Shown: positions 41,988 to 55,362 of the stretch, piece by piece
Numbering within the stretch: position 1 is the first letter of the stretch
Layout of the letters: each line of letters opens with the position of its first letter
From: Octopus vulgaris
Lineage: Eukaryota
Reading direction: 5' to 3'
Length of the DNA stretch: 64,000 nt
Assembly: GCA_951406725.2 (NCBI GenBank)
Contig: OX597821.1
Location: 83,700,001-83,764,000, forward strand
Notes under the pieces: generated by a model
Seen by the model: the letters and a program-made list of their open reading frames with translations, nothing else
Database searches by the model: none
Told to the model about the DNA's origin: nothing
Position numbers and translations under genes: made by a program

Positions 41988-42115
41988 TTATCTAAGCATT
42001 TCTTCGGTATTGGTACACGACGTCAATCACCCACAGCATTTCCTCTTGACATAGATAAAAAGGCAAGGCTGAATGAAGTGTCGTCTCCTCATGCTGACAC
42101 TGCAGACCAATATCA

Positions 42116-42184
<69 letters not shown>

Positions 42185-42185
<1 letters not shown>

Positions 42186-43479
42186 GAGGGGCGTTCAATA
42201 AGTAATGCCCCTGATCCACTTGAAGTTTTTTGATCTAGCTGAAATTTTGCATGTGCAATTACTTATATCTCTATAGATTAAGTAGCAAATTACAGCTCTA
42301 AACTAATTGTGGTTTCTGATTTACAGGTGTTTGAACTGAGTCAAGTGGGAAATGGAGTCTGTTGAATGTCGAGCAGTGATCCGGTTTTTGTATTTGAAAG
42401 GACGCACACCACGGGAGACGTTTGATGAAATGAAAGTAACTTATGGTGATGATGCCCCATCATATGACCTTGTAAAACGCTGGCATCGTGAATTCAAACA
42501 TGGTTGGAACTCTGTGGAATCAGCTCCCAGATGTGGTCGCCCCCTTCTGCCATTGATGAGGCATCTGTCCGTCAAGTTGAGGCTGCCATTTTGGAAGATC
42601 GACGCATAACTATTCCCGAAATAAATAGCCCATGAGGTCAAGATTAGTACCGGGTCTGTGGTAACTATCATTCATGACCATTTGCATATGCAAAAGGTGT
42701 CTGCCAGATGGATTCCCAGGTTGCTCACATCTTTCCAGAAGCAAGAACGCGTCGATTGCTTGAGGATGAATTTGGAGATGTGCCAAGAAGATGAGTCAAA
42801 ATTTTTCAAAAGACTGATTACACAGGATGAAACCTGGGTCCATCACTATGATCCTGAGACCAAAGCCCATTCAATGCAGTGGAAGCACCGTGACTACCCT
42901 CCTCCAAAGAAGGCAAGGGTGCAGCCCTCCGCTGGCAAGGTCATGCTCACAGTCTTCTGGGACCAGGACGGAGTAGTGATGACAGATTTCCTGGCAAATG
43001 GTGCCACAATTACAGGAGCCTATTATGCTTCACTTTTGAGGAAATTAAGAGAAGCTATCAAAATCAAGAGGCGGGGCAAGATCAGCAAAGGCATCCTCCT
43101 CCTGCAGGACAACGCTCTGGTCCACAACTCGCGTGTCGCCAGATCAGGAGCACAGGCGTGCGGCTATGAACTCCTCCCCCATCCCCCTACTCTTCTGACC
43201 TTGCACCCTCTGATTTTCACCTCTTCCCAGCCATGAAGTTGTTTTTGAAAGGAAAGCGTTTGCCAGATGATGCAGCCTTGATTTCTGAACTCACGTCGTG
43301 GCTGGAGGACCAAGCTGGTGTCTTCTACAGAAACGGTCTTCAGAGCTGCATCAAACGATGGGAGAAATGCGTAACTCTGAGTGGTTCCTATGTAGAAAAA
43401 GACTAATAACTGTGCCAAGTTTCGTTGCTCTACTGCTATGGGAAGTGGGTCAGGGGCATTACTTATTGAACGCCCCTCG
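42185..43479 (+). mobile_element. Full-length mariner transposon (irritans-like) in (TA)n
   Basis: ~37-bp TIR CGAGGGGCGTTCAATAAGTAATGCCCCTGAYCCACTT; TA TSD; ~1295 bp. Confidence 0.95.
42352..43406 (+). pseudogene. Frameshifted mariner DD34D transposase
   Basis: MESVECRAVIRFLYLKG.. WIPRLL, TQDETW, QDNA, PHPPY(S)SDLAPSDF spread over several frames. Confidence 0.92.
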
Positions 43480-43666
43480 TATATATATATTCTTTTATTC
43501 TTGTTTCAAACATTGGACTGCGGCTATGCTGGAGCACCGCCTTTAGTCGAACTATAGTTGAAGACACTTGCTTTGGGTGTCATGCAGTAGCACTGAACCC
43601 GGAACCATGCGGTAAGCAAACCACACAGCCACTCCTGCGCTTATAGCTACTTACCACACAGCCACT

Positions 43667-43721
<55 letters not shown>

Positions 43722-43743
43722 TATTATTATTATATGTAGAAAA

Positions 43744-44189
43744 ATGCAAACTGGGACAAGAACGTAAAACACTTAGAAGACGATACAAAAAACACGGACG
43801 GGACATTCGAAGCCTTCAATCTTCAGTCAAGAACCGGATCATCGTAGCAATTTCGTCTATATATATATATATACACATATATACACACATATATATATAT
43901 ACATATATACACATATATACACATATATACACATATATACACATAACCAATACTGAAACACATTCCAAGTATGCAAACTGGGACAAGAACGTAAAACACT
44001 TAGAAGACGATACAAAAAACACGGACGGGACATTCGAAGCCTTCAATCTTCAGTCAAGAACCGGATCATCGTAGCAATTTCGTCTATATATATATATACA
44101 CATATATACACATATATACATATATACACATATATACACATATATACACATATATACACATAACCAATACTGAAACACATTCCAAGTAT
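43744..44189. repeat. Tandem duplication (first unit 227 bp) spanning the Penelope 5' junction
   Basis: atgcaaactgggac..tttcgtc-(TA/CA)n-taaccaatactgaaacacattccaagtat present twice (43744, 43971). Confidence 0.9.
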
Positions 44190-45641
44190 TGTAAGAGATG
44201 ACCTGGACCTATTAAATCATCTCCCCAAACATACCGATAAAGACACTTTATTCGTTTCCTTTGATGTAATTAATCTTTACACCACAATCCCACATGAATA
44301 TGGACTGGAAGCCATTAAATTCTGGCTGGATAAATATCCCAATGAGATCCCGGAAAGAATTAAAAAAGAATTCATCATTGAGGGCCTCAAATTTATTCTG
44401 CAAAACAACTTCATGTATTTCAATAACAACACTTACAGACAGGTTTCAGGAACTGCAATGGGTACGAAAGTTGCACCTACCTATGCAAACCTGGTGATGG
44501 CCTACCTGGAATCACATATCTATGAAAAATCCAAATATAAGTACGGCCAGTCTTTCCACAAATACCTGTTGGAGAACTGGAAACGCTACTTAGATGATTG
44601 CCTCATCCTATGGTCCCACACACTCGACCAACTTATAGACCTCAAAAACCTTATCAACAGTGTAAATAACAACATTCAATTCACAATGGAATATAGTCAG
44701 GACCAACTCCCTTTTCTTGACATTCTAATCATTAAAAAAGGCGTCAACATTGAAACTGACATCCATTACAAACCCACTGACTCTAAACAATACCTTCTAT
44801 TCACCTCCAATCACCCAAAACACACAAAGACAAATATCCCCTTCAACCTAGCGAGAAGAATCTGCACAATTGTCTCAAATGACACAACACGAAATAGAAG
44901 ACTCCGGGAACTAAGGGCAATTCTTCTCGAAAGACATTACCCGGCATCACTAGTAGACAACGGAATAGAACGGGCCAAATCAATCAACACTTAAGACCTA
45001 CGAAAACCTAAACACATCCACATTACAGTAAATAGCCTCCCCTATCTCTCAACACACAACCCAAGGAATGCAGAAGCTTACACTATTATATACAACAACA
45101 TTCCACAACTAAATCAAGACCCACGCCTGAAAAAATTACTGGCAGCTCATAAAATAATAAAAAGTAAGAGACAACCTAAATCCCTAAAAAACCTCCTCAC
45201 CAACGCAAAATTACACAACACAAACCCACCGCCCACCATCAAAAAATGTGGTCGCCCCAACTGCAGGACTTGCATCCACCTCATTGAGGAATCGACGTAC
45301 AAGTTCCGCTCGGGACACACATTCATCATAAAAAATAATTTCACGTGCGCATCAAAAAATTTACTCTACGTAATAAGGTGTGAAGGATGCCACGAAGACT
45401 ACATAGGGCAAACGAGCCTTACCCTCAGAGAAAGAATGACAGTTCACCGACAACAACTGAGGGACCCCTCCACAAGACAGATACCACTAAGTGGACACTT
45501 AGACCTTTGTGCACACAATAAGTCCCCCAAATTCTTAGTCTTCCCACTATACCAATGCTCGGACAACACCACAGACCAACACGAATAAATAGGGAAAGTA
45601 ATCTTATTCAAAAATACAGACCACAACTAAACATACTCTAA
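44164..45641 (+). pseudogene. Penelope RT-GIY-YIG polyprotein (stop at 44992, frameshift near 45580)
   Basis: SFDVINLYTTIP, GTAMGTKVAPTYANL, RYLDD, LPFLD, HYKPT; CGRPNCRTC linker; TCASKNLLYVIRCEGCHEDYIGQT..RERMTVH. Confidence 0.93.
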
Positions 45642-46067
45642 CATACCCACTAGGCACACATCCAGAGCAAGCACACAGGGACACGCGCACACTCGCAACA
45701 TATCATGCAGGCGGACACATGCACGCATCGGCACACATAGGGCACACTAGCGGGCATTGACCACACACATACGCGGCACGCACACGCATGCATTATATAT
45801 ATGTATGTTATGTATGTGTGTGAGTGTTGTGTGGGTTGTGTGTGTGTGTGTGCGCGTTGTGTGTGTGTTTGTGTGCGTGTGTGTGTGTGTGTGCATTGTG
45901 TGTGTGTATGTATTTATATGTGTATATGTTTTATATATATGTTTATATATGTGTGTGTTGTGTGTGTGTATGCATTGTATATGTGTATATGTGAGTACAT
46001 TGTTTGTGTGTGTGTGTGCAGTATATATATATGTATGTGTATATGTGTGAATATATATATATATATA

Positions 46068-46413
46068 AAGACCCCCTTCGGTCAGGCACTGACCATGGGT
46101 TTGCACCTAGAGAGATACCCTCTGAGGCACAAGTCTGGGCAAGGTTGTTTTATGGAAGACCAGCAGTCGCCCATGCATACCGGCCTCCCCTCTCCACGTC
46201 ACCGATGTTGTCCAAAGGAAAGGCAAGGGCTGATACAGCTTGGCACCTGTGACGTCGCAACTCATTTCTACAGCTGAGTGAACTGGAGCAACGTGAAATA
46301 AAGTGAAATAAAGTGCCTTGCTCAAGAACACAACACGCAGCCCCGTCCGGGATTCGAGCTCACAACCTCACGATCGTAAGCTCGACGCTCTAACCACTGA
46401 GCCATGCGCCTTC
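46068..46413 (-). mobile_element. SINE family C inserted in (TA)n
   Basis: Head ggcgcatggctcagtggttagagcg..gagctcgaatccc; close homologue at 61812-62105. Confidence 0.85.
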
Positions 46414-47995
46414 ATATATATATATGTGTGTATATATATGTGCATTATATGCATGTGCATTGTGTATATGTATATTATATGTATGTGTACATTATGTATA
46501 TATTTATGTGTATATATGCATTGTATATATGTATATTGTATGTGTGTTATATATGCATGAATACATGTATATACATTGCATGTATATATATGTATGCATT
46601 GTGTATGTGTATGTTATGTATATATATGTTATATGTATGCGTATGTGTATATGTATACATTGTATGTATGTATATTGTGTGTATATGTGGTATATTTATG
46701 TATGTGTATGTAAACACTATATATATGTATATATGTATATATGTATATGCATTGTCTATATATATATATTATATGTATGTATTGTGTATGTATGTTATAT
46801 GTATATATTGTGTATGTGTATTATATATATGCTGTGTATGTGTATTGTATGTATATATGTGTTAGGTGTATTTGTGTTGTATTTATATTATGTATGTATG
46901 TGTGCGTGTGTTGTGTGTGTGTGTGTTGTGTGTGTGTGTTATATGTGTGTATATTATATATAAATATATGTTATATTTGTGTGTTGTGTGTGTGTATTAT
47001 ATGTGTGTGCGTTGTGTGTGTGTGTGTTCTGTATGTGTGTGTGTTGTGTGTGTGTGTGTTGTGTGTGTGTATATTATGTGTGTGTGTGTGTGTTGTGTGT
47101 GTGGGGGGTGAGATATGTGTGTGTGTGTGGTGTGTGTGTGTATGATGTGTGTGTGTATATATGTATATGTAGTGTGTGTGTATGGCCCGCACGCACGCGT
47201 AGACGCGTACGCGCACGCACGCGCGCGCACGGGCGGGCACGCATATATACACACACCATCCTACCCCAAAAAATTCTTTAAACAACACACATCTATTTTC
47301 GCCACCCTGGAACCATTCAAAAACAGCCCCCCACACACGCAGACGCTTGTATACGTGTGTGTGCACGCACACAGGGACACGCACACTCACACCAGTCTCA
47401 CCTCCATACAGGCACATATATACACACGCAGCACCATGTCAAATGCCATCCACACTCATGCATGCGTACACACGCACGCACACGCACACGCGCGCGCGCA
47501 CACACACGCACACGCGCGCGCGCGCACACACACGCACACACAACACCATGACAACCACACACACTTGACAAACAGACGCCATCTGACCAAATACTACAGA
47601 CACACAGACACATCTATTCACACCACATGTATGTGTATGCACGCACACATATACGCAGAGACACACATATTCACCTCATCCTAACCCCAAAATCATTGAT
47701 GCTTGAAGGAAAGCCAAAAAAAGAAAAAAACGGGTACATCTTTTTCAATTCTACATTTTTGCTAAAACGGACAGGTCAGTAAACAACCTCGCCTTGAATT
47801 CATAATATTCTGTACTGACCCTGAGATGTATAATATATTTGTTTTAATCTTTTCTGCCCATTTTTTCAAATATTCTCATCATACTGTTGTACTTTTTTAT
47901 GTCCTTAACATGTCCCTGTTACCAAAGACTGTATATATACATGTAATGTGGCAATTTGCAACAGCCAATAATTAACGCAGCCAAACTTCCATATG

Positions 47996-48040
47996 TTACT
48001 TTTGACAATCTTTTTCCAAAGAGTGAAACCGGTTAAGTAA
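47996..48040 (+). ncRNA. Hammerhead ribozyme with compensatory U3-A8 core
   Basis: TTACTT-TTGACAA-TCTTT ttcc AAAGAGT-GAA-ACCGGT-T-AAGTAA: perfect 6-bp stem I, palindromic stem III. Confidence 0.78.
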
Positions 48041-48093
48041 ATAAACATCTTTTAAATTGCATTTTCAAACCTTCTTTCGTATATATATATAAT

Positions 48094-48322
48094 CAATTAC
48101 AAATAAGGGCAAAATAAATTCCTATGGCAATATGCTGAAAAATAGACCTTAGAATGTCTAACCACGTACAATATTTGGTTAATGTTCCCAAAACCACCCG
48201 GAAACGAAAAAAAAAAAAAGAAAAAAGAAATTAACCAAATATTGTACGTGGTTAGACGTTCTAAGGTCTACTTTTCAGCATATTGCCATAGAATTTTTTT
48301 TCTTTTGCTCTTATTTATAATT
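48094..48322. repeat. Long inverted repeat (~90-bp arms, A-rich spacer)
   Basis: ctatggcaatatgctgaaaa..aatatttggttaat versus ttaaccaaatatt..ttttcagcatattgccatag. Confidence 0.85.
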
Positions 48323-48889
48323 ATTTATATTTTCACCTTGAAAGGTATTTTAATAATATGCTGGCCACTGATAAATTATTTTTTGAAAATTTTATCCTTA
48401 TATTAGAAATATATATATATTTGTATATGGATATATATATATATATATATATATTCTTTTATTCTTTTATACGTTTCAGTCTGAAGGCTGTGACCATGCT
48501 AGGGCACCGAAGTTCATTTATTTATTTTAATTTGTCCGAGTTCTCATCTGATCTGCTGTCAGGTAAAAGATATGGGGACGTTCTGTGTTTCTCGTTCAAA
48601 GTACAGTACACGTCAGTGAAATCTTTTCATAAGAGAGTATCACGAAGTTGTCGACAGAGACCCTGCAAACATTGACATACATCCAGCTTCCATGTCGCCC
48701 CCACCGCCACAACTGAATTATTAAAGAAGTTTTCATATATTTATTATTTATTTCCTATATCAGGCTGTGTTCTATTTCAATACGCAAGGTTATCTGTAAA
48801 ACAGATAGACTATGTTTAAAATTACATTTAGTTCATTCAACTTTCAGCATGTATGTATGTATGTATGTGTGAGTGTGTGTATGTGTGTG

Positions 48890-48922
<33 letters not shown>

Positions 48923-49342
48923 TTACATAGACATACGTGTTCTCAGACACTGTCGTTCACGTGCTTATACACATACACCCATGCTTCTGCACACGCGCAC
49001 ACATATTTCGTTCTCGAATTTGTCCTGTGTAGTAGTGTGAAGACAAAATTAGTTAACAATAAAACTAAAACTGAAGTTATTTGCCATCGTTGCGTATGTG
49101 TTTATTGGTTATATGACCTTCTCGAAAGTATAACAAGTATATATGTATTCACACACAGACTCACACACACACACACTCAGACACACACACACTCACACAT
49201 TCACCCCCCCACACACACTCACATACAGTTGAACAACAAATTTTTGTCAGAAAAAATCTAGACACATGTACATTAAATAATAGAGAGTAGTTTATTATAC
49301 ATATTGTTTTGAGATACACATACACACATACATACATACATT

Positions 49343-49388
<46 letters not shown>

Positions 49389-49584
49389 TCACACACGCAT
49401 TCTTTTACCTTTATTCTTTTACTTGTTACAGTCATTTGACTCCATACTGGAGCACTGTTTTAAAGGGTTTGACTCCAAGAAATTGACTCCAGGACTTATT
49501 CTTTTCTAATCCTAGTACTTATTCTATCGGTCTCTTTTACCGAACTGCTAAGTTACAGGAACTGTATATGTAAAGGCGCCTACC

Positions 49585-49653
<69 letters not shown>

Positions 49654-50028
49654 TGGCTATTTGCCACTAGCACCGCCAAAAGTGAACAATATCAACGTTA
49701 AAGGCGCAAAACTGTAAAGATCTTTTGGTCATTGACTGAGGAGTAGGCTACGAATTTTGTTCTGCTTTTGTAATATTGTTATGTTCTGTTTGTTGTGTAT
49801 TTGTTCAATTTTTGATATGTAAATGTGTGTGTGTGTGTGTGCTAGACGTCTTTCAGTTCCTGTCGACCAAACCCACTCGTAAGGCTTTGGTTGGCTTGGA
49901 GGTATAGTGGGAGACACATGCTCAATGTACTACACGGCGGGACTGAACTCTGAACCATTTGGCTGGGAATCAGACTTCTTACCACAAAGTCATGCTTATC
50001 CGAAATATATAGTCATATATATATACAA

Positions 50029-50142
50029 CACGGCTGATTTTATCAATCGGTTTCGCGCAAGGAATACAATGGAGTGTTAGGTAACAATCCGATTATATAA
50101 TCTTACGATCATCAGAGTTAGCCGATGGTAAGATCAGCCATG
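50029..50142 (-). ncRNA. Hammerhead-like motif, type III topology, almost no stem I
   Basis: Minus strand CATGGCTGATcTTACCATCGG cta act CTGATGA tCGTAAG..CTTGCGc GAA ACCGAtTGATAAaATCAGCCGTG. Confidence 0.45.
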
Positions 50143-50159
50143 ATGGATATATAATACTA

Positions 50160-51434
50160 TCAGGTCATCCCAAAAGTTGTGTCCAATTTTACCTTTTTTA
50201 AAATTGAATGAAATGTAATAGTATTTTAGAATGTCTAATGGAATTAAAAATTATTCTTATGCATTTGTGTACACCTAAACTAATTAAATATTATTTTACA
50301 GAATAAGAGAATTAAAATTTCTTTGATTAAAACCCTCTCTAACATGGAAGTATCCAAAGAGCATTTAAGGCACATAATGCTTTATGAGTACAAAAACGTA
50401 AACTCTGCAGCTGAAGCGACTCGAAACATACACTCAGTTTATGGGAAAGAATGCTTGAATGAAAGAATTTGCAGAAGATGGTTTGCAAAATTCAGAAGTG
50501 GAGATTTCAGCCTTGAAGATGAAGATCGAACAGGACGTCCAGTTGAGTTTGATGATAAGCTCCTTGAGGCATTACTTGAAGAAAATCCTGCATTATCAGT
50601 TAAAGAACTGGCAATAAAGCTTAGTTCAAACCATACAACTGTTCATCGTCATCTTCAACAACTTAGAAAGGTTCCTAAACTTAGAAAATGGGTGCCTCAT
50701 GAATTGTCCAAAAGCAACCGCAAATCCCGAGTTGACATCTGCTCTTCTCTCCATTCTTGCGAACTCATTTCACCCTTTTTGGATAGAATTGTGACTGGTG
50801 AAGAAAAATAGATCTTCTGTCAAGATGTTAAACGTCGTAAACAGTGACTTGGTAAAATGGAAAAAGCTCAACCATAACCGAGAAGGAACCTTCATGGAAA
50901 AAAGGCTCTTCTCTCTACCTGGTGGGATTGCAAAGGGGTAATTCACTTTGAATTGTTACCACCTAATGCAGCAATCAATGCTCAAGTCTACTGCCAGCAA
51001 TTAGAGCGTTTGAACCAAGCTTTGAAGAAAAAAAGACCCGCTTTAGGGAATCGGAAAGGAGTGATGTTTCATCAGGACAATGCGCGACCTCACACTGCAA
51101 AGATCACATCACAGAAGATCGAAGAGCTTGGCTGGGGAAAAATTCCTCATCCACCTTATATTCCCGACCTTGCTCTTTCAGACTATCATTTACAGAATCA
51201 TTTGGGGACATAACTTTCGCAAGCCAGGAGGAGGTCGAAACTGACATTTCAGTGTTCTTCGCTTTGAAACCAAAAGAGTTATACATCGATGGAATTAAAA
51301 TGCTTGTAAATAAATGGAAGGAAGTCATAGATAATCAGGGAAAGTACATTGATGATTAAATTTCAATTAAATATAACATCTGATCACTTGTTTTCTTTAT
51401 TCAAAATTCGGACAGAACTTATGGGATGACCTGT
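50160..51434 (+). mobile_element. Full-length mariner (cecropia/Hsmar1-like), decayed
   Basis: TIR CAGGTCATCCCAWAAGTTSTGTCC / GGACAGAACTTATGGGATGACCTG; TA TSD. Confidence 0.92.
50344..51359 (+). pseudogene. Mariner transposase with multiple stops
   Basis: MEVSKEHLRHIMLYEY.. WVPHEL, TGEEK, HQDNARPH, PHPPYIPDLALSDYHL. Confidence 0.92.
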
Positions 51435-51523
51435 TATATATTTCGGATAATGTAGCCATTCTATTGACAGATATACAAGTGCATCTTTTCACTGATTTAT
51501 GGTCTCTTAGATGACTCACCCAC

Positions 51524-51581
<58 letters not shown>

Positions 51582-51632
51582 CCGCTAAATCCACAAGTTT
51601 TCTTTTCATTCTTTGTTTATTTTCTCTTATTC

Positions 51633-51668
51633 CTTTCTGTTGAAGAACGTAGGCTCGAAACGTAAAAG
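51633..51668 (+). ncRNA. H1 hammerhead motif with U6 core (element 51580-51760)
   Basis: CTTT-CTGTTGA-A-GAAC gtag GCTC-GAA-ACGT-A-AAAG. Confidence 0.65.
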
Positions 51669-51998
51669 ACTTTCTCATTTTCCCGAGCGTGAAACAAATA
51701 CACCTATTTGTTGTTTATACAGCTGTCTTCGTCTTTTGTTTTTCTGTAAATTTCAGCAATATATGTATACACGTATATATATTTATATATAATCAATGGG
51801 GCATGGTGATTATTGTCACAAAATGTATTAGCGTGCAAAACCTACAACTCTTGCAATAGATACACCTAAAACGAAAACGGTATGTATTTCACAATGGTTT
51901 CTGATCAGGATACTCATATATTAATTTTTACGTGTTTATTTTCAAAAACATGTCAACGAAAGCAGTTAGAGTCAATGAAGTTTCAAAGCATTTAAATA

Positions 51999-52564
51999 TT
52001 GGTTTGTACGGAAAGTTCGTGCCGATTTATAGTAGCTTACCTTTCGACTTATTTTAGAACATGGTTGAGTTCATGAAATAGGATTTGACTACACCCCCAT
52101 TTAGAGCGCAGTTTAAGCTATCTTTTCGTGGAAGAAGGTTTATGTTCCTATAACCTGTGTTAATTCTGTAACACTTTAAAATGGAAGATAAGAAAGTTCA
52201 TTTTCGGCACTTGATGCTTTGGGAACCAGACAAAAATTGCTGCAGCTCGGCTGGGATGTGTTACTCCACCTTCCATATTCACCAGATATTGCTCCCTCGG
52301 ATTTCCACTTATTCGGGTCTCTGCAGAATAGTGTTAATGGTAAAAATTTCAATTCCTTGGATGACGTAAAAAGATAGCTTGAAGAATTCTTTGCCATGAA
52401 ACCACCTCAATTCTGGGAGGAGAGTATTTTCAAGTTAAAGGAAAGATGGAGACGCATTGTGCAACAAAATGGTTCATATTTGGTTGATTAAAAATGTAAT
52501 GGCAAGTATTTATTGACCTTTTTCTTTCCTTTAAAAATCGGCACGAACTTTCCGGACAACCCAA
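51999..52564 (+). mobile_element. Internally deleted mariner (mellifera-like), 566 bp
   Basis: TIR TTGGKTTGTMCGGAAAGTTCGTGCCGATTT at both ends, TA TSD; MEDKKVHFRHLMLW joined to the LGWDVLLHLPYSPDIAPSDFHLF segment. Confidence 0.9.
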
Positions 52565-53427
52565 TATATATGTACGAGAGTGAGATATTGCTCAACCTTC
52601 AATTCTTATGTGTGTGTGTGTGTGTGTGTGTGTAATGGATTGGATTTGAATGATAATTATCTGTTCGTTCTTAATACATTTTAGCATCTTTCATTTATGT
52701 ATGTCAACGAAGTGCATAAACATCGGCAAGCAAGATCAAACACCTGTATGCTCTGTACGGTGAAGTCCTCTACGATATTTGTTCTGTACCGAGTTACATA
52801 AAACTTCGTCGTCCTTCTCGTCGCCTGAAGTACAATGAACCATTTACCGGCCGGTTATAAGTTTGCACCCGACGTTATATGTCAAAGATCATTAATTGCG
52901 ATAGAAAATAAGTGAACATATTACAACGAAACCATAAAAAAAGCATGAATGATATTATATTTATACAAAAGATGGTAAATACGCGAATTTGCAAAATTGT
53001 ATATTTGCATTTGCACACATATGCATACAGACACGCAGTCTCATTTACATGCATATACATACACACACACAACACACACTCTCTCTCGCCCTCTCTCTCT
53101 CTCTCTCCCTCTGTTTCCCCCTCTCGCTCTCACAAAAATATTCATTATGATTATTCTATATATTCACATAAAATATAATGTCCCAAAGGCATTGCTTTGC
53201 TTGTTTACCCTAAAGGGCAGGTTCCCGACATACATACGTACACACATACATACACAAGCATGTATACTTATTTACAGCTATATGTGTGTGTGTGCATGTG
53301 CGTGCGTGTGTGTATGTATGTGCGTATGTGTACAAACATATATTACAAAGAAATTAATGTTTGACTGTTTATATATATAAATAAATAAATATAAATACAT
53401 ATATATGACTAACAATAAAGAATAATA

Positions 53428-53477
<50 letters not shown>

Positions 53478-53675
53478 GTATATATATATGTATATATATG
53501 TATATATATGTATATATATATACACATATGTATATATATATATATGTATATATATATGTATGTATATATATGTATATATATGTATATATATATACACATA
53601 TGTATATATATATATTTATATATATATGTATGTATATATGTATATATATATGTATATATATATATGTATATATAC

Positions 53676-53706
<31 letters not shown>

Positions 53707-54417
53707 CACATATATATACACGCATATACATGCTGTTGCATAATGTCTTTAAATGTTGTGCACTTTGTCCTTTGCAATACATATTGATATTCGCATCGAG
53801 ATAACTTTGAGTTGTCTTGAAAAGTATTCCATATAACACATGCAAACATGCACACACACACATACACAAACGCTCACACACATACACACACGCCCACACA
53901 TGCTCATGCACATACATGCGCACACATTCATGCATACATATATATGAACACATCCAAATGTTTCATATATATATATATATGCATACATATACTATATTCA
54001 CTGATGTAAGTACTATAAATGTATCTGCGTGCGCGCGTGTGTGTGTGTGTGTGTGTGTGTGCATGTGTGTGTGGGTGGGTGTGAGTGCGCGCGCGCACAA
54101 AGGTACTTAGGGAAGCGTAACACTTGCTTTTTATACACTTCTGTTCATTCATGTCTACACATATATGTAGAAAAATATATATACACACGCACACATATGT
54201 CAATGCATATTTACATGGATATACGCCTCTGCGCTACAAAATTACATAGGGAAATATGCATATATATATATATATATATATACGAACGTATGAACATGAA
54301 CATATACATACATATATACATACGTACGTATATATATATGTGTATATATATATATATATGTACATAGTAGCTACATTAGTTTTCCTTCATCCATTCATTC
54401 TTTTTATCTTTCTTTCT

Positions 54418-54648
<231 letters not shown>

Positions 54649-55312
54649 CATACAAACATACATACATACATACAAACATATATATATATATACGCAGACA
54701 CACGCACTCACAATACACGTACAATCACAAACTAACGCATACATATCTGCACGCTTGCACTTGTATACAAACACTCCCAAACACTCATACATACGCATTA
54801 ACAAGCATGATTGTACACACACACACACGCACACACACACATCACATCACATCAAATCACATCACATCACATCACATCACATCACATCACATTACATATA
54901 CACGCACATTCATAAATCCACACAAACTTGCATTCATACGCTTATATTTACCTCACGCATATTTACATAGGTGAACACACTAATAAAACGTGTTATATAT
55001 AGACTCACGTAAACAAAAAGATAAAAAACGGAATGGAAATACAAACATTCGAATGCACATGTTCGTAAATACGCATATTCTTTTATTCTTTGTTCGTTTA
55101 TTCTCTTTAAGGTTTCAGTCATTGGACTGTGGCCATGCTGGTGCACCGCCTTCAAGGGTTTTAAGCCTATTACATCAACCCTGATAATTATTTTATCGAC
55201 CCCAAAAGGATGAAAGGCAAAGGGGATCTGCACACATACACATATATACTGTGTGTGTGTGTGTGTGTGTGGGGGTTATGTGTGTGTATATGCGTGCTCA
55301 TGTGTTTATCAT

Positions 55313-55362
<50 letters not shown>

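Larger units (their letters stand above)
44162..48080 (+). mobile_element. 5'-truncated Penelope-like retroelement (Neptune-like) with microsatellite-rich 3' region and terminal hammerhead
   Basis: RT plus GIY-YIG ORF, sense-strand HHR at 47996-48040, ends at (TA)n; continuity across 45.7-47.7 kb is inferred. Confidence 0.7.

Noticed and set aside
41690-42115. Further candidate exons in unique sequence
   Set aside because: The 41.7-kb candidate has stops in all frames and the 42.0-kb one could not be linked in phase with confidence.
50323-50811. SETMAR-like host gene
   Set aside because: No SET domain; bounded by TIRs and TA TSD with multiple stops, so a dead mariner.
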